A stretch of DNA of 64,000 bases from a virus (IMGVR_UViG_3300032053_000007), one strand, 5' to 3'. Positions 35,726 through 44,919 are shown, counted from the first letter of the stretch. Translations and numbers: made by a program. Notes: generated by a model not told the origin, from the letters alone.

Positions 35726-35949
35726 GTTTACCAACACAGGGCTGTTTCAACTGTTTGTTTAACAACCGAAAAAAAGGATATTGTGATACGAAAGGAGAAC
35801 AATATGGAACGAGATATGAGAATATAGGAAAACACAGCGAAAAATCCATTAAGACGACAGGAAGCAGTTGTATAACTTGGAAACAAGGAATAGACCTTTT
35901 CGCAAAATGGGATAAAGAGAAAGTAAAGGAAAGGGTGAAGTTTACTTGA
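35722..35949 (+). CDS. small protein (...RVKFT)
   Basis: TTG start. Confidence 0.5.
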   Translation: MSLPTQGCFNCLFNNRKKGYCDTKGEQYGTRYENIGKHSEKSIKTTGSSCITWKQGIDLFAKWDKEKVKERVKFT

Positions 35950-36119
35950 AGTGTAAAAATTGTAAAAAAGAGTTTAATTGCAAGCAATCATGTGATGCGA
36001 AAAATAGAAAGATGAACCAATGTTTATGTCCTGATTGTTGGGTGAAAAAGAAAGAAAGACTTGTAGAATGTCTTAAAGTCAAGCAACCAAATGAAAGGGA
36101 AATAGTGATGTTCACTTGA
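35946..36119 (+). CDS. Zn-ribbon mini-protein, CxxCxxxFxC family (57 aa, ...IVMFT)
   Basis: CKNCKKEFNCKQ...CLCPDC. Confidence 0.45.
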   Translation: MKCKNCKKEFNCKQSCDAKNRKMNQCLCPDCWVKKKERLVECLKVKQPNEREIVMFT

Positions 36120-36265
36120 ACAAAATAATACCCAGAGGACAAGCCAACAGAGAAGAGTTGAAAGTTGGAGATGTCTTTCACAAAAACGGTTATCGTTATC
36201 TGGTTCAAAAAATAGTTCATGGGATTCCATATTTAGAAGAACAAGAGGAAGTGCAATTCACTTGA
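36116..36265 (+). CDS. 49-aa mini-protein (...EEVQFT)
   Basis: TTGA overlaps. Confidence 0.4.
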   Translation: MNKIIPRGQANREELKVGDVFHKNGYRYLVQKIVHGIPYLEEQEEVQFT

Positions 36266-36390
36266 ATCGAGAACAGATAATCAAAAATCTAAAATCTGTT
36301 CCAACAGGAAATGTCCAACAGAATCAGCAAATAATTGCTCAGGCATTAATTTACATCTTGGAGAATAAAGAAAAGGTGTCCTTCACTTGA
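36262..36390 (+). CDS. 42-aa mini-protein (...EKVSFT)
   Basis: TTGA overlaps. Confidence 0.4.
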   Translation: MNREQIIKNLKSVPTGNVQQNQQIIAQALIYILENKEKVSFT

Positions 36391-36551
36391 GAAGAATGCA
36401 ACTGCAAGCTAACATAAAAACGGGCGTAACTACTCTGAAAGTTTTGATATGCACAAACTATTTACAAGACAGATGCCAAAAGTGTGACATGTATTCTGTG
36501 TGCGATGTTAGTGGCAAAAAGCCTAAAAAGGAAGTTGTGTGTTTCACTTGA
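36387..36551 (+). CDS. 54-aa Cys mini-protein (...VVCFT)
   Basis: TTGA overlaps. Confidence 0.4.
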   Translation: MRRMQLQANIKTGVTTLKVLICTNYLQDRCQKCDMYSVCDVSGKKPKKEVVCFT

Positions 36552-36763
36552 CCGAAAAAATTCCGCTAGAAGAAGATTATGACCCCCCAGATTATAGAGA
36601 GAAACTTACTTGTTATAATTGTGAGAAGTTCGCAAGTAGTATTAGAGAAATAGGCAATGGGGGAAGAGTAAAATTTGCTCACAAGTTTTGGTGGCTTTGT
36701 CCCGAATGTTTCAAAAAGCTAATTTTGAAAGAAAAAAGAAAAGAGAGGGTTGAGTTCACATGA
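36548..36763 (+). CDS. Zn-ribbon protein (...RVEFT)
   Basis: CYNC...CPEC (track ORF 36539-36763). Confidence 0.5.
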   Translation: MTEKIPLEEDYDPPDYREKLTCYNCEKFASSIREIGNGGRVKFAHKFWWLCPECFKKLILKEKRKERVEFT

Positions 36764-37047
36764 CACGTAAAGTTAGTTTAAGATGGCTTGCGTATTCTAA
36801 TGACCCTCTTGCAGTAAAATTTAGAGGGGGTATAAGTGGGGGTTCAGAGGAATGTGCTCTTTGCTCTATGTTTTTTGAAGATGACTACGATGACGGAGAA
36901 CATATATCTAAATGTTCATTTGAAGAGATACACGAAAGCGAGATAGAACACTTTCAACAGATGGCAGATGAGATGATTTTGGATATTAAAATTACTTCAC
37001 TAGGCGATATAAGGAACGCTATAAAAGAAGTAGTTCAGTTCACTTGA
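36760..37047 (+). CDS. small acidic protein (...VVQFT)
   Basis: Stop inside the next promoter module. Confidence 0.5.
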   Translation: MTRKVSLRWLAYSNDPLAVKFRGGISGGSEECALCSMFFEDDYDDGEHISKCSFEEIHESEIEHFQQMADEMILDIKITSLGDIRNAIKEVVQFT

Positions 37048-37082
37048 GTATGGTAGTTCTGGGCTAAGGTTTATATAGGACG
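37046..37082 (+). promoter_or_regulatory. conserved promoter module
   Basis: TGAGTATGGTAGTTCTGGGCTAAGG-TTTATATA-GGACGATGCTAATATACT. Confidence 0.5.
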
Positions 37083-37108
37083 ATGCTAATATACTCTTGT
37101 TGATAAAA

Positions 37109-37318
37109 ATGGACTCCGAAGTTGATTTGATTATCGCCTACGAATCAGGCGAACTAGACGAACAGAAAACTCTGGAACTTTTCTCGATGCTAGTGAAAAA
37201 CGGACACGCTTGGAGTTTACAGGGAACCTACGGACGCATGGCTCACCAATTAATCGAAGCTGGCTACCTAGATAAACAGGGAAATATAACTCGAACATTC
37301 GAAGAGGACGAAGGTTAA
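37109..37318 (+). CDS. small acidic protein (69 aa)
   Basis: Track ORF 37097-37318. Confidence 0.45.
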   Translation: MDSEVDLIIAYESGELDEQKTLELFSMLVKNGHAWSLQGTYGRMAHQLIEAGYLDKQGNITRTFEEDEG

Positions 37319-37482
37319 TGCCTGAACCGAAATTCAAAATAGTTACGAGTAAACGCAATTGGGTTGAGAAAGCGAAGGACAAGCAAACAGCCTACATACA
37401 GGCAGAGAAAAAGTTGGACAGGGACGAAAAGATTCTCTTCAACTTAGCATGGAATCAGGAAGCAAAACTTAGCGGTGAATGA
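37318..37482 (+). CDS. small basic protein (54 aa)
   Basis: TAATG overlap. Confidence 0.35.
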   Translation: MPEPKFKIVTSKRNWVEKAKDKQTAYIQAEKKLDRDEKILFNLAWNQEAKLSGE

Positions 37483-37483
37483 A

Positions 37484-37618
37484 ATGCCAAAAACCCTTTA
37501 TGATGTTGTCTTAAAGGAATTGGACAAACAATTGAAATACTACGGAGAAGATGTCGATTCAGAAATAGTTGCTTCGGAGATTGTAAAAAAAGTTGAGAAG
37601 TTTCTAGGAGAAAAGTAA
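37484..37618 (+). CDS. 44-aa mini-protein
   Basis: Hand-translated. Confidence 0.3.
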   Translation: MPKTLYDVVLKELDKQLKYYGEDVDSEIVASEIVKKVEKFLGEK

Positions 37619-37619
37619 A

Positions 37620-37790
37620 ATGCCAAAACAAGCAACAGATGAACAAGTAAAAGACCTAGTTCGAAAGATAGACTTTCGGTCAAGAGTTTACGAAAGACTC
37701 AGAGTTCTAGGCTATTCAAAAGAAGATGCAACAGAAATAGTTATCGAATTAAGAAAAGCAATGGAGAAAATAGACGATGCCAACGCTTGA
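37620..37790 (+). CDS. 56-aa mini-protein
   Basis: Hand-translated. Confidence 0.3.
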   Translation: MPKQATDEQVKDLVRKIDFRSRVYERLRVLGYSKEDATEIVIELRKAMEKIDDANA

Positions 37791-38013
37791 ATCTTCGATT
37801 TACATTGAAGCCCAAAAGAAAAAGAAAGACCCGAATGCAGAACTTAGACGAATGAAGGGAACGGCGATTCTTTTCATCTGCGATAATCCGACCCCGATAT
37901 TCACACGACAATTTAATGCGGAGAAACAAGCCGTTTCCGAGTTGGCGTTTTCGGAAGAAATGGTTGAGAACCCCGAAAAAAGGAAGGAAAGACTTAGAGG
38001 TTACGTTTGCTGA
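37777..38013 (+). CDS. small protein (78 aa)
   Basis: Track ORF. Confidence 0.4.
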   Translation: MPTLESSIYIEAQKKKKDPNAELRRMKGTAILFICDNPTPIFTRQFNAEKQAVSELAFSEEMVENPEKRKERLRGYVC

Positions 38014-38048
38014 GTACGTTCGTTCTAGGCATACATTTATATAGGACG
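38011..38048 (+). promoter_or_regulatory. conserved promoter module
   Basis: TGAGTACGTTCGTTCTAGGCATACA-TTTATATA-GGACG. Confidence 0.5.
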
Positions 38049-38067
38049 AACACATAGACATAACTGA

Positions 38068-38343
38068 GTGTCTGCAATGGAAGGAAGTAAAGCGTTTCGC
38101 GCTCAGATAGACAAACTTGTTAAGCAACGAACAAAACTTAAACTAGACGATGACGTAAAAATATTGAGGGGGGAAAACAAAGGCAAGATAGGGTTCATTG
38201 ACAAAATAGGCTCTATAACAGACATTAAAGACGTAAATTCTACACACGTTCAATATCTTGTTCGTGTTGGCAAAGACCTTCTTGCATACGATGATTTTGA
38301 ATTACAGGTAACAATGAAACCTGAGAAAGTGGACTTCACATGA
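38068..38343 (+). CDS. small protein (...EKVDFT)
   Basis: Junction motif. Confidence 0.5.
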   Translation: MSAMEGSKAFRAQIDKLVKQRTKLKLDDDVKILRGENKGKIGFIDKIGSITDIKDVNSTHVQYLVRVGKDLLAYDDFELQVTMKPEKVDFT

Positions 38344-38606
38344 TGTTGAAAACGGATTGTCTAAAATGTGGTGCATGGGTTCCTGAATATAATCGGGACG
38401 ATGATATGATAGACGTTTCTTTGTGCAAAGATTGTCTTGCGATGTGGCACAAATTTCATCACAAATATGGAAGGGATATTGAAAGAAAATATACTCAGGG
38501 CATAAATGGACATCACGCAAGTTGGGCTGTTTTTCTAGGCGAACTTCCTAACTTCTGGGATAAGAGTATAGACAAACCTAAAAAAGAACGAGTGCAATTT
38601 ACATGA
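38340..38606 (+). CDS. Zn-ribbon protein, CxxC...LCxxC..W..F family (...RVQFT)
   Basis: CLKCGA...CKDCLAMWHKF. Confidence 0.55.
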   Translation: MMLKTDCLKCGAWVPEYNRDDDMIDVSLCKDCLAMWHKFHHKYGRDIERKYTQGINGHHASWAVFLGELPNFWDKSIDKPKKERVQFT

Positions 38607-38761
38607 ATAACCCCGATTGTGAAAAGTGTCATTGCAACGGTTGTGCTAACTTCTGCTATAAAACTTGTAAAAGTCATTCATGTGGTGCTGACAGAGAAAA
38701 TTATCCTTACAAAATTTTGTGCAGAGAAATCAAAATCAGAGAGAAGGTATTGTTCACTTGA
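38603..38761 (+). CDS. Cys-rich mini-protein (52 aa, ...EKVLFT)
   Basis: 10 Cys. Confidence 0.4.
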   Translation: MNNPDCEKCHCNGCANFCYKTCKSHSCGADRENYPYKILCREIKIREKVLFT

Positions 38762-38985
38762 AGTGCGCTAAATGTCACAAAGAAATTCAGGGACGAGAAG
38801 TTAAGATAGGAGAATCTAAAGAAACTATGAGAATTATTTGTATGGGGTGCAGAACAGTTTGGATAAAAATTTATGAGAAAAAGATTCAGATATTAGAAGG
38901 TTTCCAACTTCAAAATAAAGTTTGGAAAGAAGAGTATCACAAGTTCATAGGAATTATAGACAAAGAACAGGTAGAATTTACATGA
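38758..38985 (+). CDS. Zn-ribbon protein (...EQVEFT)
   Basis: TTG start (track ORF 38719-38985); CAKCHKE...CMGC. Confidence 0.5.
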   Translation: MKCAKCHKEIQGREVKIGESKETMRIICMGCRTVWIKIYEKKIQILEGFQLQNKVWKEEYHKFIGIIDKEQVEFT

Positions 38986-39128
38986 ATCGAAACGAACAAC
39001 CTGATTATTGCAAAAAGTGTGAGTTGGATTGTGAGGGAAGAGTATGGGATTCAAAAAGAGGATTGTGGTATTGCACAAGTTGGACTTGCTTTATTCCAGA
39101 TAACAGAGAGCGAGTTGAGTTTACTTGA
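38982..39128 (+). CDS. Zn-ribbon mini-protein (48 aa, ...RVEFT)
   Basis: CKKCELDC...C. Confidence 0.4.
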   Translation: MNRNEQPDYCKKCELDCEGRVWDSKRGLWYCTSWTCFIPDNRERVEFT

Positions 39129-39505
39129 GTGGCACTTTTTCGAATTGGACTTTACGCAAAGAACCTGAGTTTGAAACCGAACTAACAGATATTATGGAAG
39201 AATATTCAGATGACACGATAGAGAAAAATATCCTTATCATTTTGAAACGGGAGAAATTATGGGATAAGGGGTTTGAACTGATTTTTCCTATTGGAGCTTT
39301 CAAAGAGATAGATAAAGAAAATGATAGCTACCAATTTGACTATGAGATTTGGAAGGGCGATAAGGTAATTGCTAGTGGAACTTGTTACGGGACTGTCACA
39401 ACCGACTTGGCATATTCAGAAATTTTAGATATGACACTAGAAATAAATGAGGGATATAGCGAACTTGTACGTTTACATTCAAAAGAAAAGGTTGAGTTTA
39501 CATGA
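39125..39505 (+). CDS. acidic protein (126 aa, ...EKVEFT)
   Basis: TTG start. Confidence 0.5.
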   Translation: MSGTFSNWTLRKEPEFETELTDIMEEYSDDTIEKNILIILKREKLWDKGFELIFPIGAFKEIDKENDSYQFDYEIWKGDKVIASGTCYGTVTTDLAYSEILDMTLEINEGYSELVRLHSKEKVEFT

Positions 39506-39717
39506 TAGTCCCCGAACTTTTCAAAAGAACTTGTAGAACGTGTGGACGAATTTTTTACTGTGATAATGATTGTGGAAAACTTGAAAAGAGCAAACATAGT
39601 AATGGTTGTGAATGTGGATTATGCCACGCAAAAACAGTAAGGGAAAATGGTCGTTCTTGCGAAGAACGAATGGAGCGAAACAAATATCGTTATCAAGAGG
39701 TTGTACAATTTACATGA
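39502..39717 (+). CDS. Zn-ribbon protein, CxxCxxxFxC family (...VVQFT)
   Basis: CRTCGRIFYCDNDC...CECGLC. Confidence 0.55.
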   Translation: MIVPELFKRTCRTCGRIFYCDNDCGKLEKSKHSNGCECGLCHAKTVRENGRSCEERMERNKYRYQEVVQFT

Positions 39718-39815
39718 ACCATCTACAACATATTTTTACAAAATATAGAAGTCTCAAAAAATGGTATGACCGTTTTGAAATTGAGAAAGAACCCGTGAGA
39801 GTGCAATTCACATGA
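39714..39815 (+). CDS. 33-aa mini-protein (...VRVQFT)
   Basis: ATGA at both ends. Confidence 0.35.
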   Translation: MNHLQHIFTKYRSLKKWYDRFEIEKEPVRVQFT

Positions 39816-40027
39816 CACAAAAATCCTATAATCGTATTTGTGAAAAATGCGGTGAATCTTTTCAAACGAATAACGATATTCTTTGTCAAAAATGCAGAGA
39901 AAAATGGTATAATTTTTACGAACTTCACAAAAACGATGCCGACATTCCAGAATCCGAAGCAAAAGCAACCTTTCTCTGGGACAAGTTTATTAAAAGGGTA
40001 GATAAAGAGGTAGTGCAATTTACATGA
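39812..40027 (+). CDS. Zn-ribbon protein, CxxC...LCxxC..W..F family (...VVQFT)
   Basis: CEKCGES...CQKCREKWYNF. Confidence 0.55.
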   Translation: MTQKSYNRICEKCGESFQTNNDILCQKCREKWYNFYELHKNDADIPESEAKATFLWDKFIKRVDKEVVQFT

Positions 40028-40233
40028 AGAAATATCCATTAGCTCTAACAAAGAAGTGCGGTAATTGTGGTAGAACTTTCACTTGTAAAGGGAGAGGATG
40101 GACTAAATCTTCAATAACGGGAAAATGTCCTCACGAATATAGCGTTTGTTGGTGTGAAAAATGCAATCATGGGTCGGGTCGTCCAGAAGGTTGCGAAGAG
40201 GTTGACTTAAAAGAAGTGGTGCAATTCACATGA
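40024..40233 (+). CDS. Zn-ribbon protein, CxxCxxxFxC family (...VVQFT)
   Basis: CGNCGRTFTCKG...CWCEKC. Confidence 0.55.
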   Translation: MKKYPLALTKKCGNCGRTFTCKGRGWTKSSITGKCPHEYSVCWCEKCNHGSGRPEGCEEVDLKEVVQFT

Positions 40234-40373
40234 CGGAAATATACTGCGCTGGAAAAATAATTTACTGCGATGTCGGGGAGATAAATCATTATGACGATTT
40301 TTGTCAAAAGAGTTGCAGACAACGTTCGATTTGTGAAGTGAGAAAACAAAAAGAAGAGGTTCAATTCACTTGA
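40230..40373 (+). CDS. 47-aa Cys mini-protein (...EEVQFT)
   Basis: ATGA and TTGA overlaps. Confidence 0.4.
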   Translation: MTEIYCAGKIIYCDVGEINHYDDFCQKSCRQRSICEVRKQKEEVQFT

Positions 40374-40567
40374 AAGAAATGACGTGCCAAGTTTGCGGAA
40401 AAAAGTTCTTCTGTAATTGTGACGAAGAATGTTCCCCAGACGCTACATTATGCTATTGTAAAGAATGTTCAATCAAAAAATGGGGAACAAAATTTACTGA
40501 AGATATAGGGTCACTTGAATTGTGCTATGGGGGAATACCCGAAAAAGAGAAGGTGTTATTCACTTGA
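40370..40567 (+). CDS. Zn-ribbon protein, CxxCxxxFxC family (...KVLFT)
   Basis: CQVCGKKFFCNCDEEC...CYCKEC. Confidence 0.55.
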   Translation: MKEMTCQVCGKKFFCNCDEECSPDATLCYCKECSIKKWGTKFTEDIGSLELCYGGIPEKEKVLFT

Positions 40568-40773
40568 CAAACAAACTCGTTGATAAAGAAGAACTTCCAG
40601 ATTTTTGTCCCGTGTGCGGAGAAAAGAATAACGGAAAATGGGCGTTTCTTTGTATAAAATGTTGGATGGTTTTTGTCAAGTGGAGTCATGAAAAATATCC
40701 GAATGACATAATAATTTCAGACCATATTCCAGAATATTTAGCCAAACTCAAAGAGAAGGTAGAGTTCACTTGA
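40564..40773 (+). CDS. Zn-ribbon protein, CxxC...LCxxC..W family (...EKVEFT)
   Basis: TTG start (track ORF 40522-40773); CPVCGE...CIKCW. Confidence 0.5.
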   Translation: MTNKLVDKEELPDFCPVCGEKNNGKWAFLCIKCWMVFVKWSHEKYPNDIIISDHIPEYLAKLKEKVEFT

Positions 40774-41048
40774 AATGTTCGAAATGTGGAAAACCAATAA
40801 CTGTAACTCTTCCAAAAAAGAAATGGTTCCACGTAAGCAATTCTAATAATTTTGAACATAAAGACGAAGATACCAAAACGATAGATGCGGTTTTAATCTT
40901 TTTAGTAAATAGCGGATTTAAACATAACATCTGGATTTGTAGAGGATGTTATGACGAATGGGGCATCTTTCATGGGAAACATTTTGGAAGATGGGAATAT
41001 TGCTGGAATCTCTGGTTTAATATGAGAGAGGTTGTTCGATTCACATGA
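40770..41048 (+). CDS. Zn-ribbon protein (...VVRFT)
   Basis: CSKCGK...CRGC. Confidence 0.55.
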   Translation: MKCSKCGKPITVTLPKKKWFHVSNSNNFEHKDEDTKTIDAVLIFLVNSGFKHNIWICRGCYDEWGIFHGKHFGRWEYCWNLWFNMREVVRFT

Positions 41049-41260
41049 ACAAAATTTGTGGAAAATGCGGAAAACATTTCGTGTGCAATAATGGGTGCGC
41101 TAGATTAGGTCTTAGTCATGGCAAAGTGCAATACGGGGGTTGTTATTGCTCCGATTGTGCGCGAAAGTTTGAGAAATCCGAAGTTGGGGAATACCCAAAA
41201 GATTTGAAAGAAGTTTGTTCACGATTCTGTAAAGCTAAAGAAACGGTGTCATTCACATGA
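41045..41260 (+). CDS. Zn-ribbon protein, CxxCxxxFxC family (...TVSFT)
   Basis: CGKCGKHFVCNNGC...CYCSDC. Confidence 0.55.
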   Translation: MNKICGKCGKHFVCNNGCARLGLSHGKVQYGGCYCSDCARKFEKSEVGEYPKDLKEVCSRFCKAKETVSFT

Positions 41261-41487
41261 CCCATAAATCTCCGCTTGCACAATGGAAAAAGAAACCACT
41301 TGTCGAATTGAAAAGTGAAATTCATACTTTACAAGCATTGAGCAACCGATTAACTAGGTCTGCGGAACTACATAAAAAAGAGAGAAATTTTCCAATGCAA
41401 ATGGTTTGTCTGATAAAGAAGAGAAAAGTCGATATTAGAATTTCTGAACTTATGTTTCGGATTCCAGAAAAGGTGAGTTTCGATTGA
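41257..41487 (+). CDS. small protein (...EKVSFD)
   Basis: Junction variant. Confidence 0.5.
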   Translation: MTHKSPLAQWKKKPLVELKSEIHTLQALSNRLTRSAELHKKERNFPMQMVCLIKKRKVDIRISELMFRIPEKVSFD

Positions 41488-41624
41488 CAGAAGAGAAAAT
41501 GATAGAATGTTTTAGATGTGGAAAACTTTGGTTCTGCAAACCCTTCGCTGGAAGTCGTGCACTTTTTTGTCCCGAATGTCTAAAACTATTGTATAAACAA
41601 AAAGAGAAAGTTCGGTTCGATTAG
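41484..41624 (+). CDS. Zn-ribbon mini-protein (46 aa, ...EKVRFD, TAG)
   Basis: CFRCGK...CPEC; last gene of array 2. Confidence 0.4.
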   Translation: MTEEKMIECFRCGKLWFCKPFAGSRALFCPECLKLLYKQKEKVRFD

Positions 41625-41729
41625 TCCCCTACCCCTAGCTACATTTGACAGGTAAATAGACTAGGGAAAAAGACGTTCTGGATGCTAGGGCGAAGCCAAT
41701 GGGAACTGAAGCCTGAAGTCGGTGCTTTT

Positions 41730-41745
41730 TTAATCAGTTGATTAA
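41730..41745. promoter_or_regulatory. palindromic site TTAATCAGTTGATTAA
   Basis: Perfect inverted repeat. Confidence 0.5.
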
Positions 41746-42164
41746 AAGTCTGGGGAATACGTTGGGGGCTGGCAGAGGGCTTCACCATAAACCGAAATCT
41801 AATTGGGAAGAAAAAACGCCTATGTGCGTTATGTGACACTCAGGATTCTACTAAAAATTTAATTTTCGAGGGGACGGAAAGTTACACCGAAAGTGTGACC
41901 TAGCCTTCGTCCTCTAGTGCTTCCTCAAGTTCTGACGGGTCGGGACAACCAACGGGTCGCCTGAAAGTTTTAACTACTTTTGCAAGAACAATTAAACCTA
42001 TTATGAAACCCAGAGTATCAAACGGAAACATATTTGTGCCTCTTTGTGAATACTACAACACGGTAGCTTATAAATCTTTCCCTAAAAACGCCATGCTCAA
42101 TTTCCAGCACAGCTTTCACAATGGTCGCTTTTGCCAAACGGGACGCGGTGCGAGGCGCATTTAA

Positions 42165-42180
42165 TTAATCAGGTGATTAA
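42165..42180. promoter_or_regulatory. palindromic site TTAATCAGGTGATTAA
   Basis: Perfect inverted repeat. Confidence 0.5.
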
Positions 42181-42229
42181 CTGCTTCACGCCCCTTCACG
42201 CCGAGGCACGATGCGAACTGTTGAGCTTA

Positions 42230-42245
42230 TTTAATCAAATGATTA
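42230..42245. promoter_or_regulatory. palindromic site TTAATCAAATGATTAA
   Basis: Arms perfect; spacer AA instead of CANNTG. Confidence 0.45.
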
Positions 42246-42341
42246 ATTTCAAAACTCGAAGCCTTTACATTCGAAGTCTGCGCGTTGCCGTTTTCCAAGA
42301 CTGATTTTCCAAAACGAACCCGAACGAAACCCAGATTCCAT

Positions 42342-42520
42342 AGGACTGATGGTCTTTTTAACATCGTTTCCATTGGTCGAAAAGCATTATTTGAGCCTCT
42401 TCGAACAAAAGAAGGACACTCGTTCAATATCGTTTATATATGTTCGAAATTATTGAACGATTTGCCCCGAAGAGAACGCTCAGGGGATGAAATTGAGAGT
42501 CGGGCATTATCCACAGTCCT
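42342..42520 (+). ncRNA. candidate structured RNA/repeat element, copy 1 (179 nt)
   Basis: Starts AGGACTGATGG, ends CGGGCATTATCCACAGTCCT; complementary termini; second copy at 56348-56526. Confidence 0.3.
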
Positions 42521-42629
42521 TTGGGGGACACTACTTCGGGGCACAGTTAAACTCTAGGTGTAATAAAAGTTTCGACCATGCCTTTGACCATCAACATTTA
42601 AGTCACTCAGAGTGCAACCTTTCACTTTT

Positions 42630-42645
42630 TTAAACAGTTGATTAA
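42630..42645. promoter_or_regulatory. palindromic site TTAAACAGTTGATTAA
   Basis: One mismatch; 7 nt upstream of the promoter module. Confidence 0.45.
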
Positions 42646-42651
42646 CTAAAA

Positions 42652-42690
42652 CGAGCATGGTCGTTCTGGGGAAACCTTTATAAGCTACGC
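42652..42690 (+). promoter_or_regulatory. conserved promoter module
   Basis: CGAGCATGGTCGTTCTGGGGAAACC-TTTATAAG-CTACGCTGGCATCTATA. Confidence 0.55.
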
Positions 42691-42714
42691 TGGCATCTAT
42701 AAAGGTGTGGAAAA

Positions 42715-44442
42715 ATGACAAAGCAGAAACAAGCAAAGACGAACAACTTCTCTAAGATACTTGACGAGATGAGGAATCTTGCCATAGCAATTACGAAGGA
42801 CAAACGGATTCGTATCAAGTATATTCCAGAACAACCAACTTCTGCTTTCAATATGGAAAACTTTGAGATTTCTTTGAGTTTACAGAGTTATCCCGATTTC
42901 GTGAAAACATCGCCCCGTCTATTCCGAAAAATCCTAGACGGTGACATGGTTCACGAGTGCGGTCATCTGATTCTAACAAAACCGAATTGGGAATTTTTCA
43001 ACAATTGGACAACAAAAATCAAACGACAGAGAGGATTTTACAAGCTGGCTCACGAAGTTTGCAACATAGTTGAAGATAAGCGCGTGAATCATTTCATAAT
43101 TCTCAGATACAGGTTTGATGTCGGCAAGAGGCTACTTTTGGCGAATTTGATACTAAAAGACATGATAGACAACACAATTGAAAAGCCACAAATAGCCATG
43201 TCAACCATCTTACCGAAGGGCGAAAACTTAGGCGAAAACGAAATTCCAAACATGACAATTCAAGCTGGACAACAAGACGGGGTTTACATGGTTGCAATTT
43301 TGTGCAATGAAGGTCTATATGAGGCTAAATGCACAGAGTTATGGAACAAACTAAGCCCAGATGCTAGAAAGGACTGTGAAACAGCCCTTAAAGTGCTAGA
43401 GGGGACGAAATATCAACGTGTCAAACTCGACATAATAAGGTCTTGCCAAACGATTTATGAATTGGTAGCTAAACACTTGAACGCTGACTATACGACAAAG
43501 GAATATGTCGTTTCTAGAAGAGGGGGCAACGTAAAGGGCAAAATATCGGACAGACTTAGGCAATTACTAGAAAAAGAGGAAGAGCAAGAAAAGGCAGAAG
43601 AGGACAAGAAGAAACACCTAGAAGATTTGCAGAAAGGTTCGGGTGCTGGCGAAGGCACAGGCGAAGAGATTCCAGCCCCAGACCCAGATTTTGAGGCGTA
43701 TTCGAAACTTCTGGACGAATGCAAGCCTGAAATTTCCGAGCTATTGAATCAACTAAAGAAGAAAATGAAACCGAGAGTTCAACGGGACATTTTCCAGAAA
43801 CGCGGAAAAATGATGAGTCCAATTGTTCCACGCATCTACACAAACAGCTTTAGGGGAACCGTTCGCAATGTGTATCTGCGTACAACAACAAAATTTGAGA
43901 AGGAACAAGTCGCAATTCAATTTTGGTTCGATTTCTCAGGGTCAGTTAGTCGAATAGAGGCTGAAAAGATAACCACTATACTGAATGAGGTCTTTGGACA
44001 TTACGTTGACGATTACGGGTTCAGTATTGGGTGCTTTGGGGCAGATACCCAGAAAGTAAAGACTTTCTTTGAAACCTTCGAAAACACACGGGCAAGAATT
44101 GGAGCTATTTCGGTGAATGCTGGCGGTACTGAGGTTTCCGTTGGATTAGAGGCAAGCCTGAGAATGTTCAATACGATTAAAGGCGAACGCCGAAAGATTC
44201 TGGTCATTGCGTCCGATTTCTGCTTCTGTGGTGATGAAGAAACGAAAGCAGAGGAATTAATCGACCAATATGCGAAAGCTGGAATTGAATGTATCTTCAT
44301 AGGTTTCTGTGACTGTGAGAATGTAGAAACCTTCGCAAGCAAAGTGAAAAACTTGAAGTGCTCACGAACACGGATAAACCAAATATCCGAATTACCTCAG
44401 AGATTCCTAAACGTGTATCTAAACGTAGAAACCCAGAAGTGA
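42715..44442 (+). CDS. HExxH metallopeptidase-motif / von Willebrand factor A (vWA) fusion protein (575 aa)
   Basis: N-terminal MVHECGHLIL; acidic linker; C-terminal vWA MIDAS DFSGSVS...GGTEVS...IASDF. Confidence 0.6.
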   Translation: MTKQKQAKTNNFSKILDEMRNLAIAITKDKRIRIKYIPEQPTSAFNMENFEISLSLQSYPDFVKTSPRLFRKILDGDMVHECGHLILTKPNWEFFNNWTTKIKRQRGFYKLAHEVCNIVEDKRVNHFIILRYRFDVGKRLLLANLILKDMIDNTIEKPQIAMSTILPKGENLGENEIPNMTIQAGQQDGVYMVAILCNEGLYEAKCTELWNKLSPDARKDCETALKVLEGTKYQRVKLDIIRSCQTIYELVAKHLNADYTTKEYVVSRRGGNVKGKISDRLRQLLEKEEEQEKAEEDKKKHLEDLQKGSGAGEGTGEEIPAPDPDFEAYSKLLDECKPEISELLNQLKKKMKPRVQRDIFQKRGKMMSPIVPRIYTNSFRGTVRNVYLRTTTKFEKEQVAIQFWFDFSGSVSRIEAEKITTILNEVFGHYVDDYGFSIGCFGADTQKVKTFFETFENTRARIGAISVNAGGTEVSVGLEASLRMFNTIKGERRKILVIASDFCFCGDEETKAEELIDQYAKAGIECIFIGFCDCENVETFASKVKNLKCSRTRINQISELPQRFLNVYLNVETQK

Positions 44443-44448
44443 GTAAAA

Positions 44449-44613
44449 ATGGTTTGCATAATTGACGATAAAGAATGTAGAAAATTGGCAGACGAAATTT
44501 CTAAAGACCTCTTCGAATACAATAAACACAAGATAAAGCTAACCAAAAAATTCTTGTGGACTATGCTTTATTGCGAATTGAAACGAAGTAAACTTAACAA
44601 AACTCGAATGTGA
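44449..44613 (+). CDS. small basic protein (54 aa)
   Basis: Hand-translated. Confidence 0.3.
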   Translation: MVCIIDDKECRKLADEISKDLFEYNKHKIKLTKKFLWTMLYCELKRSKLNKTRM

Positions 44614-44619
44614 TAACTT

Positions 44620-44847
44620 GTGAAATATAAAAGACATTGCACACATTGTAAGAACAATTTTTTCTGCAACGGAAAATGCAAAAGTGATAGACTTAAAAAT
44701 CCGAATGACTGTTATTGTCTTGAGTGTGTAAAAAAAGTTTCGGAAGAGTTTTCAAAGTTGTCTGGGGCAGACTCTACTTATGAATCTTTTAACGTTGTTC
44801 AATTTCATTGCCAAGAATCGGGCAGAGAAGAAGTGCAATTTACTTAA
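44620..44847 (+). CDS. Zn-ribbon protein, CxxCxxxFxC family (...EEVQFT, TAA)
   Basis: CTHCKNNFFCNGKC...CYCLEC. Confidence 0.5.
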   Translation: MKYKRHCTHCKNNFFCNGKCKSDRLKNPNDCYCLECVKKVSEEFSKLSGADSTYESFNVVQFHCQESGREEVQFT

Positions 44848-44896
44848 ACTTTTGGTGCAACCTTTGGTTCGGGCGGGAGAGGGGTTTTGAGAAATT

Positions 44897-44912
44897 TTAA
44901 TCAGTTGATTAA
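44897..44912. promoter_or_regulatory. palindromic site TTAATCAGTTGATTAA
   Basis: 8 nt upstream of the promoter module. Confidence 0.55.
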
Positions 44913-44919
44913 CTAAAAT

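Larger units (their letters stand above)
35184..41624 (+). repeat. array 2: about 35 coupled tiny genes bounded by the junction motif, interrupted by promoters at 37046 and 38011
   Basis: Same 21-nt junction repeat; NTGA overlaps. Confidence 0.8.
41625..42651. repeat. ORF-free repeat island
   Basis: CCCCTACCCCTAGCT, AAAAAGACGTTCT, CGCCTATGTGCGTTATGTGA, GTTACACCGAAAGTGTGAC, four palindromic sites, 179-nt element copy 1. Confidence 0.5.

Noticed and set aside
42285-42557. Track ORF 42285-42557 and minus-strand ORF 56311-56595
   Set aside because: Both overlap the duplicated 179-nt element. Their reading frames are not conserved between the two copies, so they are unlikely to be coding.
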